64,000 nt of DNA from an uncultured Chloroflexia bacterium (GTDB lineage Bacteria; Chloroflexota; Limnocylindria; Limnocylindrales; CSP1-4): positions 259,980 through 323,979 of the forward strand of contig CAVSAP010000001.1 in the NCBI GenBank assembly GCA_963726055.1, given 5' to 3'. The notes beneath the pieces were generated by a model. The model was not told where the DNA came from, did no database searches, and saw only the letters and a program-made list of their open reading frames with translations. The position numbers and the translations under genes were made by a program. This document shows, one piece after another, positions 61,850-64,000 of this stretch. Positions within the stretch are counted from its first letter, which is position 1; every line of letters begins with the position of its first letter.

Positions 61850-62885
61850 CTAGGCGACGTGGTCGGCAATCCAGAGGGTGAAGCCGAGGCGGCGCTGAGC
61901 GTCGCTGGCGGGTGAGCCGGGAGCGCCCTTCACGGTGGCATCGAGCGCGAGCAGTCCCTCGAGTGCCGAGCGAAGCTCGGCGAGCGACCAGCGCCGTGCC
62001 TGCGTGGCGAGCTGCTGAACTCGGAACGGGTGTAGCCCGAGCGCCTGGGGCAATGTCTTCTCCTGGACTCCTGCAGCCAGGTGGTCGGCGACCTCGAGCA
62101 GTTCGCGGATGCGCCGGTGGAGCACCGCGAGGAGCACGGGCTCCGGCGTCGTCCCGGCGAGTCGGTCGAGCAGCCCCGCCGCCCGACCGCCGTCCCGCAA
62201 CCCGACGGCATCGGTGAATGCCCAGACCGAGCCCGGAACGGCTTCCGGGACGAGCGCCCTGACGTCATCGGTCGAGATCGGCTCGGCGGGCCGGTAGAGG
62301 GCGAGCTTGTCGAGCTCGTGGATGGTCATCCGCGTCTGGTTTCGCCGGTCGGCGTCGTTGTCCAGGACGAATCCGCCCACGCGAGCGGCGAGCTCACGCG
62401 CGGCACCCGGTGCGAGACGCATCTGGCGCTCCCTGTGCCTCGCTCTCGATCCAGCCGGCAAGCTCGCCCGCCTTCGGCGCCCGGAAGGCGCGGACCTCGC
62501 CGCCGAGCGTCCGCACGGCATCGACGACACGCTTGCTTCCGGGCTCTTTCGCCCCGCTCGCGGTCGCCTCGACGAACGCGATGCCGCTACCGGGGGCGAC
62601 GAGCGGAAGAACGGCCAGGAGCGCGTCGCGGTCCTCCGCCTTGACCGTGAGCGCGCCCACATTCGTCACCACGCCGAGTGTTCCGCCCCCGAACATCGAC
62701 TGGGTCGCGACCCGCTCGTGCAGCTGACCGATGAGCGGCCCCGCCTGGTTGCGGTCGCCGCGGATGTCCAGCCGCTCGACAGGGCCGCCGGATCCCGCCG
62801 CCATCGCCTCGGCCATCCGACCGACGGCCCGCCCGGCGGCGAGGTCGTCGTCGCCCCAGAAGAACGCGATCGAAACGGCCGTCAT
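61850..62885 (-). CDS. holA: DNA polymerase III subunit delta; one +1 frame change near 62435 as assembled
   Basis: The N-terminal half is ORF 62394..62906 from ATG 62885 (MTAVSIAFFWGDDDLAAGRAV...GELAGWIESEA). The C-terminal half is ORF 61850..62662 (RERQMRLAPGAARELAARVGG...). It sits immediately downstream of comEC, as in many Gram-positives. Confidence 0.8.
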
Positions 62886-64000
62886 CCGCTCGATGGTACC
62901 GCGCAACTGAATGCCGGGACCGATGCGCGCGGGCCGCCCGTGGTGGCGAGTCGCACGCCTTGAGCCGCGGTCCGAGCGCCGGTCGAACTGACGCTCATCC
63001 GACCGTCCCCGAAGACCACCTCGACCGACCCATTGGTGTCGGTCCGGAGGACGCGCGCCCCGCTACCGGCCAGGCGGTCCAGCGTCGACCGTGCCGGGTG
63101 GCCGTACGGGTTGTCGGCTCCGGCCGAGACGACGGCCACCTGCGGCCGGACGATTCCGAGGAACGAGCCTGTCGAGGCTGTCCCGCTGCCGTGGTGGGCA
63201 ACCTTCAGGAGGTCGATCGGGGGCAGGCGGCGTGCCGCCAGGAGCGGATCGACGTCGTCCTCCACGTCGCCCGTAAGAAGGATCCGGCGGCCGTCGATCT
63301 CGCCGAGCAGGACGATCGAAACGTCGTTGATCCCGCGGCCGGTGTCGGGCGGCTCCGCGGGCACCCGACCGGGATCAGGCCAGAGCACGTCGAACCGGAG
63401 GTCGTCGACCGCCAACCGATCACCCGTGACGAGGAGGCCGCGAGGCGGGGCCCCCGCGAGGTCGAGGGCGGCGTTCCAGGCGACATAGCCGGGTCCCGGA
63501 CCGCGCATGCCCGGCTCGAAGACCCGGCCGACCCGGTATCTCGAGAGGAGCAGCGCAAGGCCCGCGACATGATCCTCGTGGGGATGGGTCAGGACGACGA
63601 CGTCGATCCGGCGGTCCCATGGCGGAACCCGCCGATCGAGCTCGATGAGGAGCCGATCAGGCTCCGGTCCGCCATCGACGAGCATTCGCCCGCCGCGGTC
63701 CCCCTCGATGAGGATCGCATCTCCCTGGCCGACATCGAGGACGGTGATCCTCGTCGATCCGTCGGGACGATGCGCAATCGCCAGGCCGCCTGCGGCGAGT
63801 GAGAGGGCGATCGTCCCAACCACGATCCTGAGCGGCCGGTGGCGCTGCGACGGTGTCGACGCCCGGACCGGAGCCGGGCGGCGATTCCTTCGAGTCCATC
63901 CCCATCGCCTCATGCCGAGGAAGACGGCGGGAGTGAGCGCAGCCAGCAGGCCGCCGACGACGTTCCAGGGCGGCCCGAGCGTCGCGCTCGCGAACGGCAG
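62882..64000 (-). CDS. comEC: ComEC/Rec2-family protein, C-terminal metallo-beta-lactamase domain; N-terminus beyond the window edge
   Basis: ORF 62882..63913 stays open in frame to position 64000 (LPFASATLGPPWNVVGGLLAALTPAVFLG...). Motifs VLDVGQGDAILIE and VVLTHPHEDHVAGL. Confidence 0.85.
   Translation of the reverse strand: MPFASATLGPPWNVVGGLLAALTPAVFLGMRRWGWTRRNRRPAPVRASTPSQRHRPLRIVVGTIALSLAAGGLAIAHRPDGSTRITVLDVGQGDAILIEGDRGGRMLVDGGPEPDRLLIELDRRVPPWDRRIDVVVLTHPHEDHVAGLALLLSRYRVGRVFEPGMRGPGPGYVAWNAALDLAGAPPRGLLVTGDRLAVDDLRFDVLWPDPGRVPAEPPDTGRGINDVSIVLLGEIDGRRILLTGDVEDDVDPLLAARRLPPIDLLKVAHHGSGTASTGSFLGIVRPQVAVVSAGADNPYGHPARSTLDRLAGSGARVLRTDTNGSVEVVFGDGRMSVSSTGARTAAQGVRLATTGGPRASVPAFSCAVPSSG

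Overview
64 kb of a high-GC (roughly 70%) bacterial chromosome. Gene content and operon style look Actinomycetota-like: opcA next to zwf, ROK and GntR regulators, an ECF sigma factor, a LysM-M23 peptidase, and very frequent GTGA/ATGA/TGATG stop-start overlaps. I support about 60 protein genes. (1) 1-11 kb holds mixed membrane, transport and regulatory genes: Rieske-DUF2231, GT87, ABC-2 exporter, corA, LuxR, flavin monooxygenase, citrate synthase. (2) 11-21.7 kb is a long minus-strand pentose-phosphate operon, tkt(-rpiB)-pgi-gnd-zwf-opcA-pgl, that runs by overlapping codons into a GNAT and an alpha/beta hydrolase. (3) 21.7-30.3 kb holds a WsaF-like glycosyltransferase, pseudouridine kinase/glycosidase, and a second ABC-2 exporter with two small unknown genes and an EamA transporter. 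(4) 30.8-36 kb holds an ECF sigma, an anti-sigma-like sensor, a lipoprotein beta-lactamase homologue and pyrG. (5) 36.4-55.4 kb is an 18 kb sugar/amino-sugar catabolic island: tal, nagA, GntR, ROK kinase, sugar ABC system, SIS, three Gfo/Idh/MocA enzymes, deoC, TIM-barrel isomerase, ROK regulator, MetE-like, PTE-like, SDR. (6) 55.7-64 kb is housekeeping: rho, M23/LysM, obg-nadD-rsfS, holA-comEC. I recognised no rRNA, tRNA, CRISPR array, transposase or integrase. The notable signals are as follows. At least ten places exist where a conserved protein continues only after skipping one nucleotide, including in essential holA. There is an apparent in-frame tkt-rpiB read-through. A diverged 115 bp direct repeat of the pyrG 5' end brackets a lipoprotein gene whose product lacks two of three serine-hydrolase catalytic motifs. 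Several intergenic regions are repeat-rich: 17-nt CACGTG tandem repeats inside a 23/24-nt inverted repeat, a strict 51-nt periodic motif array upstream of tal, and ACCAC/GTGGT hairpin repeats upstream of the ECF sigma gene. Many long ORFs in the track are antisense or high-GC artefacts and are not reported as genes.
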